From a virus: a DNA stretch of 64,000 bases. The position numbers and the translations under genes were made by a program. This document shows positions 1-10,007 of the stretch, piece after piece (within the stretch, counting starts at the first letter, position 1; the number at the start of each line of letters is the position of its first letter). The notes under the pieces were generated by a model that was not told where the DNA came from, did no database searches, and saw only the letters and a program-made list of their open reading frames with translations. The stretch lies in IMG/VR virus record IMGVR_UViG_3300011115_000650, one strand, 5' to 3'.

Positions 1-52
1 TACGGTTATTATAGTTGGTATTAGTTTTTTTAAGGTGTCTAGCATTAATTTT

Positions 53-1519
53 TTATTTGTCTTTCAATCTCTTGAATACATTTAATAGTTTAGGATCATT
101 AGTAATTTTATCCATTAATTTCTTTAAAGTATCGTCTAAAAATTTTTCGTATTCTTCGTCGTCTTTAAATCTATCTTTAGGGTAGTTGTGTTTTTGTTTT
201 CCTTCAACACCTTCGTTTTCTTTTAAAGTTCTAACTACTTCTTGACGGATATATTTTCCTAGAACGCTTTCTTTTTTTACACCGGAAGGTTTTACTAATT
301 TATCAACAGCTTTTACTAAATCATCCATTGGCACAGTTTCACCATTAAGTTTAATAGTTTTGTCACTTCTTTTAAGATCGCTTAATTTAACCGGTATAGT
401 TTTAAATCCGTTTGTAAGTCCTCCATCAACTGTTTTTAGGTTCTTATATTTTTTCGTCATAGCGTCGGTAACATTATTAAAAGCGTCCTGAATACTAATA
501 TAAGTTGTATCGTAGTTTAGAGCTTTTTTAATACCGCTAAATATTCCTTCGTTTGTTCCTTTACTTACTTTTTTTACTTCATCACGTTGATTGTTATAAG
601 TACCTACTCTCCTACACTTACTGTCATCTACTTTCCAAACATTACCTTCATCGTCTTTTGCATGACATACTCTAGAACCGTATCTGTCTGTTTTATAAAA
701 ATAGTGAATTTCAGATTCATTTAACATCTCATCTTCTCCTTCCTCTCCACCACTCATCTGTTTTTCGATAGCAGCTTGTAGATTCTTGATTTGTTGAGGT
801 ATATTACCAATCTCTTGTTTGTATTGATCGATAGAAATTTCACCGGATTTGAATTTAGATAAGATTGCATCTTTTTGGCTCATTAGAGTCTGTAGTCTGC
901 TTTGGCTTCCACCTAACACTCCTACCATCTTATCACCTACTTGAATATCTTTCTTAGTTGGCTCTTGTTCGTAATCGTCGTCACTGTCTGCTTTATTCCA
1001 ATCATCTTCCATATCTTCTGCATCGTCATCGTCATCTGCTTCCTGGATCTTATCCATTGCAAATTCAGTATACTTAGGATCTCTGTTTAGACTAGCCTCC
1101 AACCATTCTGGCCACATTTCTGGGTCCATACTAGCATATTTTTCAGCTTGATCTGGATCTTTTACATGTCCTAGTAAGATGTCCACAAGTTCATCACCGT
1201 TATCCATACCTTCTTGTATATTACCTAGTAGTTGAATATCTGTGATAGTATCTGGGTCTAATTCTCCGTGAACCATTTCTCCCATTGCATCATACTTGTT
1301 ATCTTCATCATCGATACCAGTTAGGGTTACTGAATCAGTAGCTCCGCCATCAATACTTTTTTCTTCTACTTCGTAGTCGTTCCAGTTAATTTTTTTACCT
1401 TTATGAGTTGATGATCCTAGACCTTCTCTTACTAGTCTACTTTCGAATTCATAGAGCGGTCTAATTCCAGCTATTTGTTGCAACTTAAATGCTTCCTTGA
1501 TTAGTTGTTGTTTTGCCAT
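53..1519 (-). CDS. Acidic mosaic protein, probable head-internal protein
   Basis: 488-aa ORF with N-terminal LIKEAFKLQQIAG, D/E-rich tracts and many [LIV]-x-E sites; CTATTTAT motif upstream at 1551-1558. Confidence 0.5.
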   Translation of the reverse strand: MAKQQLIKEAFKLQQIAGIRPLYEFESRLVREGLGSSTHKGKKINWNDYEVEEKSIDGGATDSVTLTGIDDEDNKYDAMGEMVHGELDPDTITDIQLLGNIQEGMDNGDELVDILLGHVKDPDQAEKYASMDPEMWPEWLEASLNRDPKYTEFAMDKIQEADDDDDAEDMEDDWNKADSDDDYEQEPTKKDIQVGDKMVGVLGGSQSRLQTLMSQKDAILSKFKSGEISIDQYKQEIGNIPQQIKNLQAAIEKQMSGGEEGEDEMLNESEIHYFYKTDRYGSRVCHAKDDEGNVWKVDDSKCRRVGTYNNQRDEVKKVSKGTNEGIFSGIKKALNYDTTYISIQDAFNNVTDAMTKKYKNLKTVDGGLTNGFKTIPVKLSDLKRSDKTIKLNGETVPMDDLVKAVDKLVKPSGVKKESVLGKYIRQEVVRTLKENEGVEGKQKHNYPKDRFKDDEEYEKFLDDTLKKLMDKITNDPKLLNVFKRLKDK

Positions 1520-1571
1520 TGTTTTATTATATGGTTTTTATTGATTTATAATAAATAGCTGGAATAAGAGA

Positions 1572-1817
1572 TTACCCTTCTAGTTTAGGATCGATAGGCA
1601 TGTATTTTACCTTAGCATCCTCCTTAACTTCCAACCATTTTTCTTTTGTGTACGCTATTCCAAATATAAAATACTCGTCTTTTTTTTTATTACCTGTTGG
1701 GTATTTAATCGCCGGACCATCTAAAGAATGTGGTACAGGATTTTTACCTTGTTGGTTATAGGTGTGTAAGACTACACCCTCGGGTGTTCTGATTGTTTTG
1801 AATGTTCCTTGACTCAT
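1572..1817 (-). CDS. Hypothetical protein with HSLDGPA motif
   Basis: 81-aa ORF preceded by an early-type promoter (~1833-1866). Confidence 0.6.
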   Translation of the reverse strand: MSQGTFKTIRTPEGVVLHTYNQQGKNPVPHSLDGPAIKYPTGNKKKDEYFIFGIAYTKEKWLEVKEDAKVKYMPIDPKLEG

Positions 1818-1878
1818 AGTGTTTATTTTTCATAAAGATATGAATTAAATCTCATTCAATCAACTTGTTTTTGGTACA

Positions 1879-3018
1879 CTACTTTTTTATATAATCACAC
1901 ATTATATGAGAGGGGTATACACCTCCTGATTTACTCCTAATATTAATCTTAAATTTGTATATTGCTGATTCTACTACTACATCTACACGCTTACCTGCTC
2001 CACCTGTTCCTCCATAGTATACAACGTTGACGCCAGATGTTATATCGGAAGCTTGGTCAGCATAGCTACTATCTACTTTATATACTCCTGCATTTTTTGA
2101 ACCTCCATTAACTAGGTAATAGTCTTCTCCTATACCGGATTTTATTAGATTTTGTAGCTTTGTAGTACTGTATTTTTCTGAAGGACCGCTTTGCTGTGCA
2201 AAATTTGATTCTCCATACTCGTTAAATACTTTACAGAACGTTTTATTATCTATCCCCAGTGTTTCTAGTAAAGATTTACCGTCTGCATTTTTTATCTCCC
2301 CTGCTTTTATTTCGCTAGCAGGGAATATCTTAGTTACCCCAGAGTTGAAGAATGTAGTCCCTGTTCCGAATTTAGCTGATAGATAATATTTCTCAGATCC
2401 TACTGTAATTATGATATCTGCTAATGTTTCAGCAGCAGAACCGGCAGAAAATGCTACTACAGGTCCTCCGTTTTCAAATTTTAATGGGCGGGATTGATTT
2501 TTTTCTCCTACTAACTTAACTGTAAAATTGCCGGGTTTTAATTTTAGTTCTTTTGTAAGCTCTATTATTAGGTCTGGGTATTGGTATTCATCTTGATTGG
2601 CTTGATTGATGCCTTGTTTTGAAAGAGTTTCTAAATCTTTTACTAATTCATGTTCAAATTTTAACCCTTTACTGTGTACTCCTCTACCTCCTCTAGATCC
2701 TTCTCCATAAGCAACTGTTAGATTGCCTACTTTAAATTTACCATCAGGTCTAATAGTTGCTCCTAGTTCTTTGTTGATATAGTCTGCGAATTTATCGTCC
2801 CTTTGTAAGCTTCTTGTGATCTTAACCGCGTTAGGGTTATCTGGATTTATAGCAATAGGGTCAGGTATACTAATCTGTTTACTAGATAGGTATTTCTGTA
2901 TGGCGTTAAATAGTCGTTTGGTATCGGGATTATCGATCTCTTCTGCAGATGTTGGAAAGTCAGTATACGCCTCTCTCAATACCATCACTTCTTTTAGTAT
3001 ATCTAGTAGTTTGATCAT
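1879..3018 (-). CDS. Putative PD-(D/E)XK restriction-endonuclease-like nuclease with MIKL leader
   Basis: GLKFEHEL helix and ADIIIT...YLSAK motif; starts MIKLLDILKE. Confidence 0.5.
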   Translation of the reverse strand: MIKLLDILKEVMVLREAYTDFPTSAEEIDNPDTKRLFNAIQKYLSSKQISIPDPIAINPDNPNAVKITRSLQRDDKFADYINKELGATIRPDGKFKVGNLTVAYGEGSRGGRGVHSKGLKFEHELVKDLETLSKQGINQANQDEYQYPDLIIELTKELKLKPGNFTVKLVGEKNQSRPLKFENGGPVVAFSAGSAAETLADIIITVGSEKYYLSAKFGTGTTFFNSGVTKIFPASEIKAGEIKNADGKSLLETLGIDNKTFCKVFNEYGESNFAQQSGPSEKYSTTKLQNLIKSGIGEDYYLVNGGSKNAGVYKVDSSYADQASDITSGVNVVYYGGTGGAGKRVDVVVESAIYKFKINIRSKSGGVYPSHIMCDYIKK

Positions 3019-3531
3019 TTAAGATTCTGTTTTTTCTTCTTCTTTTTGACTTGCCGGTATTTCTTGTTGGTCGGCTGGTGGTGGTGCGGTTGAGGTATCT
3101 TCTGCCGGTGTCTCCTGTTCAGGACCTTTTGTATTAATAGGTGCACCTAGTTCTAATAATCCTGCTATAGCTAGGACTGCTCTCTGTTTCTCTCCTACTG
3201 TTAATAGGTAGTACCTCTTACCTAATACCTTGGCTTCATAGGCTCTGCCTAGAAAAGCTAGATAGAAGAATTGTCCATTATGTAGTACGATTTTAAACGT
3301 AGTTGGTTTAGGTGCTACGATATAAATTCCTGTAACGTAGTCTTTATACGCATCAGTTAGTAAGTAGATGAGTGTTTGTGCTAGAGAGGGGTATTTAGCT
3401 AGAATAAAATTAATCGGATCTTCTTCAAAAGAACGAACCGGTGCAATCTTGCCTGGTGCCTCTTCCTCTTCTTTTAGGTACTTTCGTACTTCTTGTTCGA
3501 TGAGGTATTTTAATATTTTATTTGGCTTCAT
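3019..3531 (-). CDS. Hypothetical protein, probable virion-internal
   Basis: 170-aa ORF; N-terminal LKYLIEQEVRKYLKEE. Confidence 0.55.
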   Translation of the reverse strand: MKPNKILKYLIEQEVRKYLKEEEEAPGKIAPVRSFEEDPINFILAKYPSLAQTLIYLLTDAYKDYVTGIYIVAPKPTTFKIVLHNGQFFYLAFLGRAYEAKVLGKRYYLLTVGEKQRAVLAIAGLLELGAPINTKGPEQETPAEDTSTAPPPADQQEIPASQKEEEKTES

Positions 3532-3533
3532 AA

Positions 3534-3827
3534 TTATTCTGCTGTTAATTCTTCAGGTAATACTTGGTCTAATTGTCCGCTTAGAGACTCTTTTACTGAG
3601 TGTATATAATCTGAAGCTAAGGAGATGTAGGCAGATGTCCAACCTGGAAGTTGATCATTAGTACCTAGCATTTTATAAATAGATACTGCATTTAGGATTA
3701 AATCCTTTAATTCACCTTTAGCCATACTTCCTTCATGGTCGTGACCATTGGTCCAGTCTTGACTATCTTGGGCTGCTCTATCGCATCCATCACATTCTTT
3801 TAAGTTAACTCTTATTTTCTGTATCAT
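3534..3827 (-). CDS. Hypothetical protein
   Basis: 97-aa ORF tightly packed in the operon; VNLKE in N-terminus. Confidence 0.6.
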   Translation of the reverse strand: MIQKIRVNLKECDGCDRAAQDSQDWTNGHDHEGSMAKGELKDLILNAVSIYKMLGTNDQLPGWTSAYISLASDYIHSVKESLSGQLDQVLPEELTAE

Positions 3828-3837
3828 TAGTTTTATT

Positions 3838-4254
3838 TTAGATTACTGCTAATTGGAAGTGCATACCATCCTTTCTCGTCCAGGTACCGCCCCATTCAAA
3901 ACCAGCATCAGTAAAACATTTTACAAACTCAGGACTTAGTGTTGGTGTTGCTCCTAAAGCATTCCAAGCAGCATTAACATCTACTGCAATCCCCCATGAA
4001 TGTAAAGACATCGAACTCAAACCTCTCTTTTTTCTAATTTGAAAACATCCATCCCAAGTCTTTAACTGTTTTACACAGCCTGTTAAGATTAGGTTATGTA
4101 ATGCTTTAGATAAGGGTTGAACCATATCTTCATTACAGTATATTTTTTTAGGAATTACTCCTATTTCTAACTCTGTTGGAACATCCCATACCGTCATATG
4201 ACTTTCTTTTTCAGGATCTCCGTATTTCTTTATACACTGTTGTGAGGTAACCAT
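3838..4254 (-). CDS. Peptidase M15 family peptidoglycan hydrolase (endolysin candidate)
   Basis: SLHSWGIAVD and WGGTW...DGMHFQ zinc-binding motifs. Confidence 0.85.
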   Translation of the reverse strand: MVTSQQCIKKYGDPEKESHMTVWDVPTELEIGVIPKKIYCNEDMVQPLSKALHNLILTGCVKQLKTWDGCFQIRKKRGLSSMSLHSWGIAVDVNAAWNALGATPTLSPEFVKCFTDAGFEWGGTWTRKDGMHFQLAVI

Positions 4255-4270
4255 ACTATCTAATTTTAGT

Positions 4271-4606
4271 TTATGAAATTTTACGTGCGTTTGTATTTGG
4301 TATAAAGGTTGTTACACCGTCGATATGTTTGATTTGACTAATAATCTCTCTTACCTGTTCTTTACCAAAAGAGGCAAACGGGTAAGGGTCTATTTTGAGC
4401 TTAATTTCTTCTGTATAAGAAGGGTTATTAGTCGGAACATCACTACTATGACCTTCTCCTCTAACAATAGTCACCCCTGTAATTGCTCTCATATCTGATA
4501 ATATGTCTCCTAAAGTTCTCTTGGTAGTATTAGCAGTCAATTTCCCTATTAGTTCATAGAGATTGGTGTTTTTACTTTCGTTAAATAAATCTACTAGTTT
4601 TATCAT
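4271..4606 (-). CDS. MIKL-leader hypothetical protein
   Basis: Starts MIKLVDLFNE; CTATTTAT motif 4 nt upstream of ATG. Confidence 0.65.
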   Translation of the reverse strand: MIKLVDLFNESKNTNLYELIGKLTANTTKRTLGDILSDMRAITGVTIVRGEGHSSDVPTNNPSYTEEIKLKIDPYPFASFGKEQVREIISQIKHIDGVTTFIPNTNARKIS

Positions 4607-4618
4607 ATTAATAAATAG

Positions 4619-4810
4619 TTATTGGCAGTGGTAGTTTAAGTATCTTTGTAAAGCTTTAGCGTAGTGTGTTCCTTTATCTTTTAAATTAGACTTTGCCGAC
4701 CTGACTCTACTACAAGATAACTTACCTAACCTCTTCTTTAAGATGCCTGGTTTGACAGGATCATCAATACCTTCTTCTATCTCTTTTAGTATGTCTAGTA
4801 ATTTTATCAT
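4619..4810 (-). CDS. MIKL-leader small basic protein
   Basis: Starts MIKLLDILKE; basic C-terminal part. Confidence 0.65.
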   Translation of the reverse strand: MIKLLDILKEIEEGIDDPVKPGILKKRLGKLSCSRVRSAKSNLKDKGTHYAKALQRYLNYHCQ

Positions 4811-5442
4811 TTTGTTTTACCCCAATTTTTACCTTTACCCGGTTGTTTACATTGAGCGGGTGTAGGTCGGCAGGAAGGATATTCAGCTCGTTTCTCTCCT
4901 TTTTCTCTACCGCAAGATTTACATTTACCATTACGGCAAGTATTACAATCTACCCATCCACCTGTTTTACCAGGAGCACCTTTACGTTTAAACCAAGTAT
5001 GAAGTGTTTCTTTTTTAGCTTCGCTTAAATTACTTTTATGGTAAAAGGTAATAATGTTTATAGCATTTTTTAATAATGAATTTCCTGCTAAATCCCATAA
5101 CCTATCAAGTATAGTACCATCTCCCTTTTTAACTAAATCAAATATTTTTTGATTTAATTTAACCATATTTTCTTCATTATGTTCTAAACTTTGTTGATGA
5201 ATAAGGTTATGTGATAAAACAGGTATTATAGGTTTAATATCTTTTAAAGCTTGTTGGTATGATCCTTCTGATGGTTGGTTATCTTCTTTTAGTTTTTTCC
5301 AAATATCTCCTTTACGACAGCGAACAATAGCTCCTGATCTATATGCAGAGGGTTTGTCATACTTCTGACGTGCTAGACGTAGACAGCGATCTGCTTTCTT
5401 CTCTTCGAGTAAATCTTTTAATATGTTTACTAACTTAATCAC
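4807..5442 (-). CDS. MIKL-leader mosaic basic/Cys-rich protein
   Basis: GTG start, MIKLVNILKDLLEE; C-terminal CNTC...CKSC...YPSCRP. Confidence 0.65.
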   Translation of the reverse strand: MIKLVNILKDLLEEKKADRCLRLARQKYDKPSAYRSGAIVRCRKGDIWKKLKEDNQPSEGSYQQALKDIKPIIPVLSHNLIHQQSLEHNEENMVKLNQKIFDLVKKGDGTILDRLWDLAGNSLLKNAINIITFYHKSNLSEAKKETLHTWFKRKGAPGKTGGWVDCNTCRNGKCKSCGREKGEKRAEYPSCRPTPAQCKQPGKGKNWGKTK

Positions 5443-5765
5443 TTGTCTCTAATTATAAGTTCCCCAAGTACTTCTAGTTTACCTACTGCTTTTTGAAACT
5501 CTATCTGAGTCATAGTTAGTGATATACTCTTGTATACCTGTTCGTATTCTTTCTTGGCTTTTTCTATATCAAATTTACCTTCTGATGCTTTCTTATAATA
5601 AGGTGCTTTAACTTTAAAGTGGTTATAGGTTAGCATAGAAAGACCACCTTTCTCTTTAGCAGTATCTGCTATCTTTTCTGCACCTTTGCCTCTTGTTTCA
5701 GCAAAGTCTTCAAAAGTATTGTCTTGTTTCTTTGCTTCGTTTAGTATATCGGCTAGCTTAATCAT
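5439..5765 (-). CDS. MIKL-leader hypothetical protein
   Basis: Starts MIKLADILNE; overlaps both neighbours. Confidence 0.65.
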   Translation of the reverse strand: MIKLADILNEAKKQDNTFEDFAETRGKGAEKIADTAKEKGGLSMLTYNHFKVKAPYYKKASEGKFDIEKAKKEYEQVYKSISLTMTQIEFQKAVGKLEVLGELIIRDK

Positions 5766-6225
5766 GCTTCTTAGTTATTGTTATTTGATTATCTCCAGTC
5801 ACTGCAACACTGTATTCCTTAGGATTAACTAATCGTTCTATCATAGCCGTATAGACTCTGAATCGTTTAGAATCTTCTACTCCAGCCTCTCTTTCCTGTT
5901 CTGTCTTAGCAGCATCTATGACTAGTTTATCGACTCTATCACCAAATTTGCTTATAAAATCTTTTATAATATCGGTTACCGTTGACAGTACTTGGATAGA
6001 AGCACCTTGGCCGGTTAGTTGTTGAGGGGTATGTCCTGTAGCCATGTAGGATACATTGTATATACCTTCACCTTCTTTCCCAAAGTATACTAGATACTCT
6101 TGAGTCTTATCTTCGGTCTTTACTTCAAATTTATACACGACCTTACCGCTGCCTAATTCACCTTTGAATTGCCAGGGTAGTGGTTTGTTTAAGATCTCTC
6201 TTAGTAGACTGGTTAGTTTAATCAT
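5758..6225 (-). CDS. MIKL-leader hypothetical protein
   Basis: Starts MIKLTSLLRE. Confidence 0.65.
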   Translation of the reverse strand: MIKLTSLLREILNKPLPWQFKGELGSGKVVYKFEVKTEDKTQEYLVYFGKEGEGIYNVSYMATGHTPQQLTGQGASIQVLSTVTDIIKDFISKFGDRVDKLVIDAAKTEQEREAGVEDSKRFRVYTAMIERLVNPKEYSVAVTGDNQITITKKHD

Positions 6226-6235
6226 TTTCGGTGTG

Positions 6236-6571
6236 TTACTGTTCTATAGTTTGATTTTGGTTTAATCCTACTTGTACTATGTTCTTCTTTCTTACATTTA
6301 AAAGTTGAACGGGATTTTTCTTTTTAAAAGTACTGTGGGATCTGGTTTCAAAATCGTAAGCACCGGTTCCTTCATACATTTCAATTATTACTAGATCTCC
6401 TTTAATCTTAACTACAACACCGTAAATAGGGTTAGCTCTATAAGTTGCTCTGATAAAATCTCCTACCTTAATATTGTTTGGATCATCTACTCTTTTGCTA
6501 TAGGCAGGGTTAACTGCAGCTAGTTGCTGCATTCTACTTGCTTCTTTTAATAAATCTATTAGTTTAATCAT
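6236..6571 (-). CDS. MIKL-leader protein with KOW/SH3-like module
   Basis: Starts MIKLIDLLKEASRMQQLA; IKVGDFIRA...GVVVKI. Confidence 0.6.
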   Translation of the reverse strand: MIKLIDLLKEASRMQQLAAVNPAYSKRVDDPNNIKVGDFIRATYRANPIYGVVVKIKGDLVIIEMYEGTGAYDFETRSHSTFKKKNPVQLLNVRKKNIVQVGLNQNQTIEQ

Positions 6572-6597
6572 TCTTTGATTTTGCTATTTGTAAAATA

Positions 6598-6933
6598 TTA
6601 GCGATTACTGCGATTCTTTTTTAAGTACTTCCGTATTTGTTTGTAGGCTGCTGCTTCGAACTTTTCAACTTCCTCAGGACTGCTCATCTGCTCTAACTTT
6701 TCCAATCCTGCTTGTATTTCCTGAGATGGCTGACTCATTCCGTATTCTAACCAGTTTTCAAAATCACCTTCGTAGTTATCCATACAGTCAATAAGCATGT
6801 CATTCATTAGCGGAATAGATATTTCTTTAAATTCAGGATCTTGGTATCCGTATTGTTGCTGATTGGCTATATCTTCGTTTACTAATCCAGCTAATTGCTG
6901 CATTCTTCTTACTTCGTTAATTACTTTTTTCAT
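6598..6933 (-). CDS. Hypothetical protein with RMQQLAG motif
   Basis: Starts MKKVINEVRRMQQLAGLVNE. Confidence 0.6.
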   Translation of the reverse strand: MKKVINEVRRMQQLAGLVNEDIANQQQYGYQDPEFKEISIPLMNDMLIDCMDNYEGDFENWLEYGMSQPSQEIQAGLEKLEQMSSPEEVEKFEAAAYKQIRKYLKKNRSNR

Positions 6934-6942
6934 TTTATATAT

Positions 6943-7488
6943 TTAAAAATATTTACTTCCAATTTCTAAAATCTTGTAACCGGCAAACTTTTCCTTATCA
7001 CTTTTGCACCTATTAATCACTGTCTGTTGATTTACTCCGAGTGCAGCTGCTGCTTTTGTCGATGATAAAAAAACTCCTACCGGTGTTAGTACCTTATATG
7101 AGATTTTTTCAATCTGAGAATCTTCCAACTTTCTACCAGTCATCGTTCCTGGTTGAGTTTTGAAATACTCTTTCTTCTTTTCTGACAGGAGCTGTTTTGT
7201 TTGCTCACTCCGTTTAACTCCTAGTTGGGATGGTGGCTGTTTGCCTCCCTCTAGCATGTTTCTTAAATTTGGAAGCGTTGCTATTAAAAAAGCTTCGTAA
7301 GCTAGTGCATCTTCTTCCTTGTCAAAGTGCTTTAGAATTTTAATCCTACTAGAGTCTTCAGGCTTCAAATCAATAAAAACATTCTCTCTTAATCTTCTCT
7401 TATGTGGTGCGTACGCTCTACCATCTTTACCCTTTCCCACATAGTATGGGGTTCCATCCTCTCTTTCGTACACATATACATAGTACAT
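6943..7488 (-). CDS. GIY-YIG homing endonuclease
   Basis: YYVYVY...PYYVGKG...R motif, catalytic E and N, NUMOD-like basic tail. Confidence 0.85.
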   Translation of the reverse strand: MYYVYVYEREDGTPYYVGKGKDGRAYAPHKRRLRENVFIDLKPEDSSRIKILKHFDKEEDALAYEAFLIATLPNLRNMLEGGKQPPSQLGVKRSEQTKQLLSEKKKEYFKTQPGTMTGRKLEDSQIEKISYKVLTPVGVFLSSTKAAAALGVNQQTVINRCKSDKEKFAGYKILEIGSKYF

Positions 7489-7489
7489 A

Positions 7490-8398
7490 TTACCAAAATT
7501 TACAGCTCCAATATCTTGGAGAGGTTCTATCCTTTGCAGTATCGCAGTGATGTCTAGCTCTAAAGGACTTTCTGCGTGCTGGGATATTCTTTTTTATTTT
7601 TAGATTGGGATCACCGAAGTTAACCTTAACAACATTTCCTTTTGCATTCTTAACGTATACTGATCTTTTCTTGGGTCCACCAGGGGTGTAAAAAGGCTTG
7701 CCTAACTGTACCTTACGTCCTCTATATTCTGCTTCTTCTATCTTATCTCTATACTCTATTAAGTACTCTTTTAAACAGGTTGCACAGTAAGCCTCTGTCT
7801 CGTCTACTTCGTTTAGTTTATTTCCAGCAGCCACCGCTTTTTTATAAGCTTCTGAACCCTTAGGTGATGATTTTTCACCACGAGCTCTTTTAGCATTAAT
7901 ATTCGCCCATAGTCCCTTACTTTGTTCTTCTATGTATTCGCCTAATACATCTTGAAATTCTTGAGGTAATTCTTTAGTCTTAACTAATTTAGCAGGTATA
8001 GTTTTTAAGCCTGCATCTATGGCTTTATTAGCCCTATGATTACCGTCTAGAATATACTTAAAGTTTCCTGTATCTCCTACAACTATAATAATAGGGTGTT
8101 TTATATCAGCAGCACTTAATCTATCTGACTCTATACCACCGCTATCTTTTTTAATAACTATTTTTTCAATCCTTTCGATTGGTACCTGTATAACAGGGTA
8201 ATTTTTTATAACATCTAAAAGTTGTTGTAATGTTACTGTTTGATCTTTATCATTTGTCCAAGAAGTATCTTCTAAACCTTCATTAGTTCTTCTCTCACAG
8301 CTTCTCTCTCCTTTTAAAAAAGGGGTAGGGCACGATGTTCCTTTTACGTGAACGTGCCCGCATTTATGACAGCATGTACCTTTCTTTTCGTCTAACAT
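7490..8398 (-). CDS. Mosaic protein: Cys/His N-terminal module, ParB/Srx-like domain and basic C-terminal module
   Basis: HPIIIV...YILDGNHRA (ParB-N like); C-terminal RRKSFRARHHC...RYWSCKFW. Confidence 0.6.
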   Translation of the reverse strand: MLDEKKGTCCHKCGHVHVKGTSCPTPFLKGERSCERRTNEGLEDTSWTNDKDQTVTLQQLLDVIKNYPVIQVPIERIEKIVIKKDSGGIESDRLSAADIKHPIIIVVGDTGNFKYILDGNHRANKAIDAGLKTIPAKLVKTKELPQEFQDVLGEYIEEQSKGLWANINAKRARGEKSSPKGSEAYKKAVAAGNKLNEVDETEAYCATCLKEYLIEYRDKIEEAEYRGRKVQLGKPFYTPGGPKKRSVYVKNAKGNVVKVNFGDPNLKIKKNIPARRKSFRARHHCDTAKDRTSPRYWSCKFW

Positions 8399-8399
8399 A

Positions 8400-8762
8400 T
8401 TAATGTAAGAATATTAGTTTATATTTAGTTGATTCGATTAGAGCTACTAGGGTATCTACCTCGTTTTGAATGTAACTATCCTGAGGTAATTCGTGTCTTG
8501 TAGACTCTACATACTTATCTAATGCTTCGAAGTAGGTAAGGGGTTGGTTGTCTTCTTTAAAAGAAGCCTGGCCTTGATAACCTCTTAAGATACCGTATCG
8601 ACCTTGATAAGATTCTACTAAACCATCTGCAATTTCTATGATTTCTTCGTAGTATTCTTGTAAAGCTTTATGGGCTGCAAAAGAATCTGTTTGTAGATGA
8701 TAAATGTGTGCTTGTGTTCTCGATGCAAATAGCATAGAGATGAATTGTGCGTATTGTTCCAT
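8400..8762 (-). CDS. Ferritin/Dps-like four-helix protein (DUF5856-like)
   Basis: QAHIYHLQT.SFAAHKAL.EYY...D.LVESYQG pattern. Confidence 0.7.
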   Translation of the reverse strand: MEQYAQFISMLFASRTQAHIYHLQTDSFAAHKALQEYYEEIIEIADGLVESYQGRYGILRGYQGQASFKEDNQPLTYFEALDKYVESTRHELPQDSYIQNEVDTLVALIESTKYKLIFLH

Positions 8763-8763
8763 A

Positions 8764-9387
8764 CTATTTGTCTTCCTCTTCTAGAGGTTTTAATTGTTTT
8801 TTAGATGATTCAACCATTTTATGTTTACCACGTAGTTCTTTGATACGTGCCATTATTTTTTCTGCTTCGTCGTGATGATGATCCGCTTGTGTAGGATCTT
8901 TTTTAACCATTCTCATATGCTCTTCAGCCTTCTTTTGAAGCTTATCGATAGTCTTTTGCAGTTTACCCGATACTTCTTCCTTTTTTTCTTCTAAAGCTTT
9001 AGCTATTGAATACTTATCTGTTAATAGTTTCTGGGCTTGTGTCTGTGCTTCATCTTCTTCGGTGTAAAATCCATGTACTTGATCTGGTGCTAGACCTGAA
9101 CGGCACATATCAGCAAACTGAAATGGGTCACATGGCATTAAAATGTTATCTAAAGTATCTTCATGAGTCTGAGGTTTAGTTACAACCCAAAATTCTAATG
9201 TATCTACGGGGTGTGTGCCTTTAACTGATTCTTTTAGTGTCTTTTTCTTTGGAGATTTCTTGTCTGCAATGTGTAGAGCGGCTAGATACTTGTCGAGAGC
9301 TGTCTTAGTTCCTGCTGTAGAACCTACTTTCTTACCTGCTTTGTAGACGACATACTTGTCACCTACTTTCTTATGTGTGTATGGCAT
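8764..9387 (-). CDS. Hypothetical protein
   Basis: 207-aa ORF; basic N-terminal module ending TLKE; late motif at 9409-9416. Confidence 0.6.
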   Translation of the reverse strand: MPYTHKKVGDKYVVYKAGKKVGSTAGTKTALDKYLAALHIADKKSPKKKTLKESVKGTHPVDTLEFWVVTKPQTHEDTLDNILMPCDPFQFADMCRSGLAPDQVHGFYTEEDEAQTQAQKLLTDKYSIAKALEEKKEEVSGKLQKTIDKLQKKAEEHMRMVKKDPTQADHHHDEAEKIMARIKELRGKHKMVESSKKQLKPLEEEDK

Positions 9388-9416
9388 GTGTAGTTACGTA
9401 TTTTAATAATAAATAG

Positions 9417-9977
9417 TTAAATTTCCTGCTCTTTAGCCTTTTTTATTTCCCCTCTTAACCCTTCATAGTCTTCGGGGTTTACTTTGACTTTACTCCAGTC
9501 TTCCGCTACACCATCTTCGGACATAAACGTATCAGTATTCACTAGCCATGCATCTAGAGCACGTTCTAGGTCTTCTAATATACCGTTCTTGTTTCCATTT
9601 AACATCCTCCTTTCATACTCCTGGTATCTACCTGTTGCTTTTAGTTGAGATTCCATTTCAATCACACAGTCAAAACAGGTATTATGTGTAGAATACATCT
9701 TTTTATTAAGGTTATTCACCTTCATCGGCTTGCTACACTTCGGACAACTCAAAGGTAAAACGGTTAACTGTTTTAGACTATCAAACTTTGTAACAGTTTG
9801 TCTTATTCCGTTCTTAATAGTCCATTTCCTACCGCTCTCCTCCCAAATATCACCTTCTTTGTGTTCAACCCTACCTCTTTCATAGCCTGATTGTAGGCTA
9901 GTGGCTGCATCTACCTGACCAGTTATAAGGTTTCTTGCTCTTTGAACGTCTTTTTGCGTAAACTCTTTCTTTAACAT
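9417..9977 (-). CDS. Hypothetical zinc-binding protein
   Basis: CPKC...CFDC. Confidence 0.6.
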   Translation of the reverse strand: MLKKEFTQKDVQRARNLITGQVDAATSLQSGYERGRVEHKEGDIWEESGRKWTIKNGIRQTVTKFDSLKQLTVLPLSCPKCSKPMKVNNLNKKMYSTHNTCFDCVIEMESQLKATGRYQEYERRMLNGNKNGILEDLERALDAWLVNTDTFMSEDGVAEDWSKVKVNPEDYEGLRGEIKKAKEQEI

Positions 9978-10007
9978 AACGATTCTTATTTTATAATATT
10001 AATTCCA

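Noticed and set aside
6943-7488. Group I intron around the GIY-YIG gene
   Set aside because: The ORF abuts complete flanking genes with 1-9 nt gaps, leaving no room for intron structure; it is free-standing.
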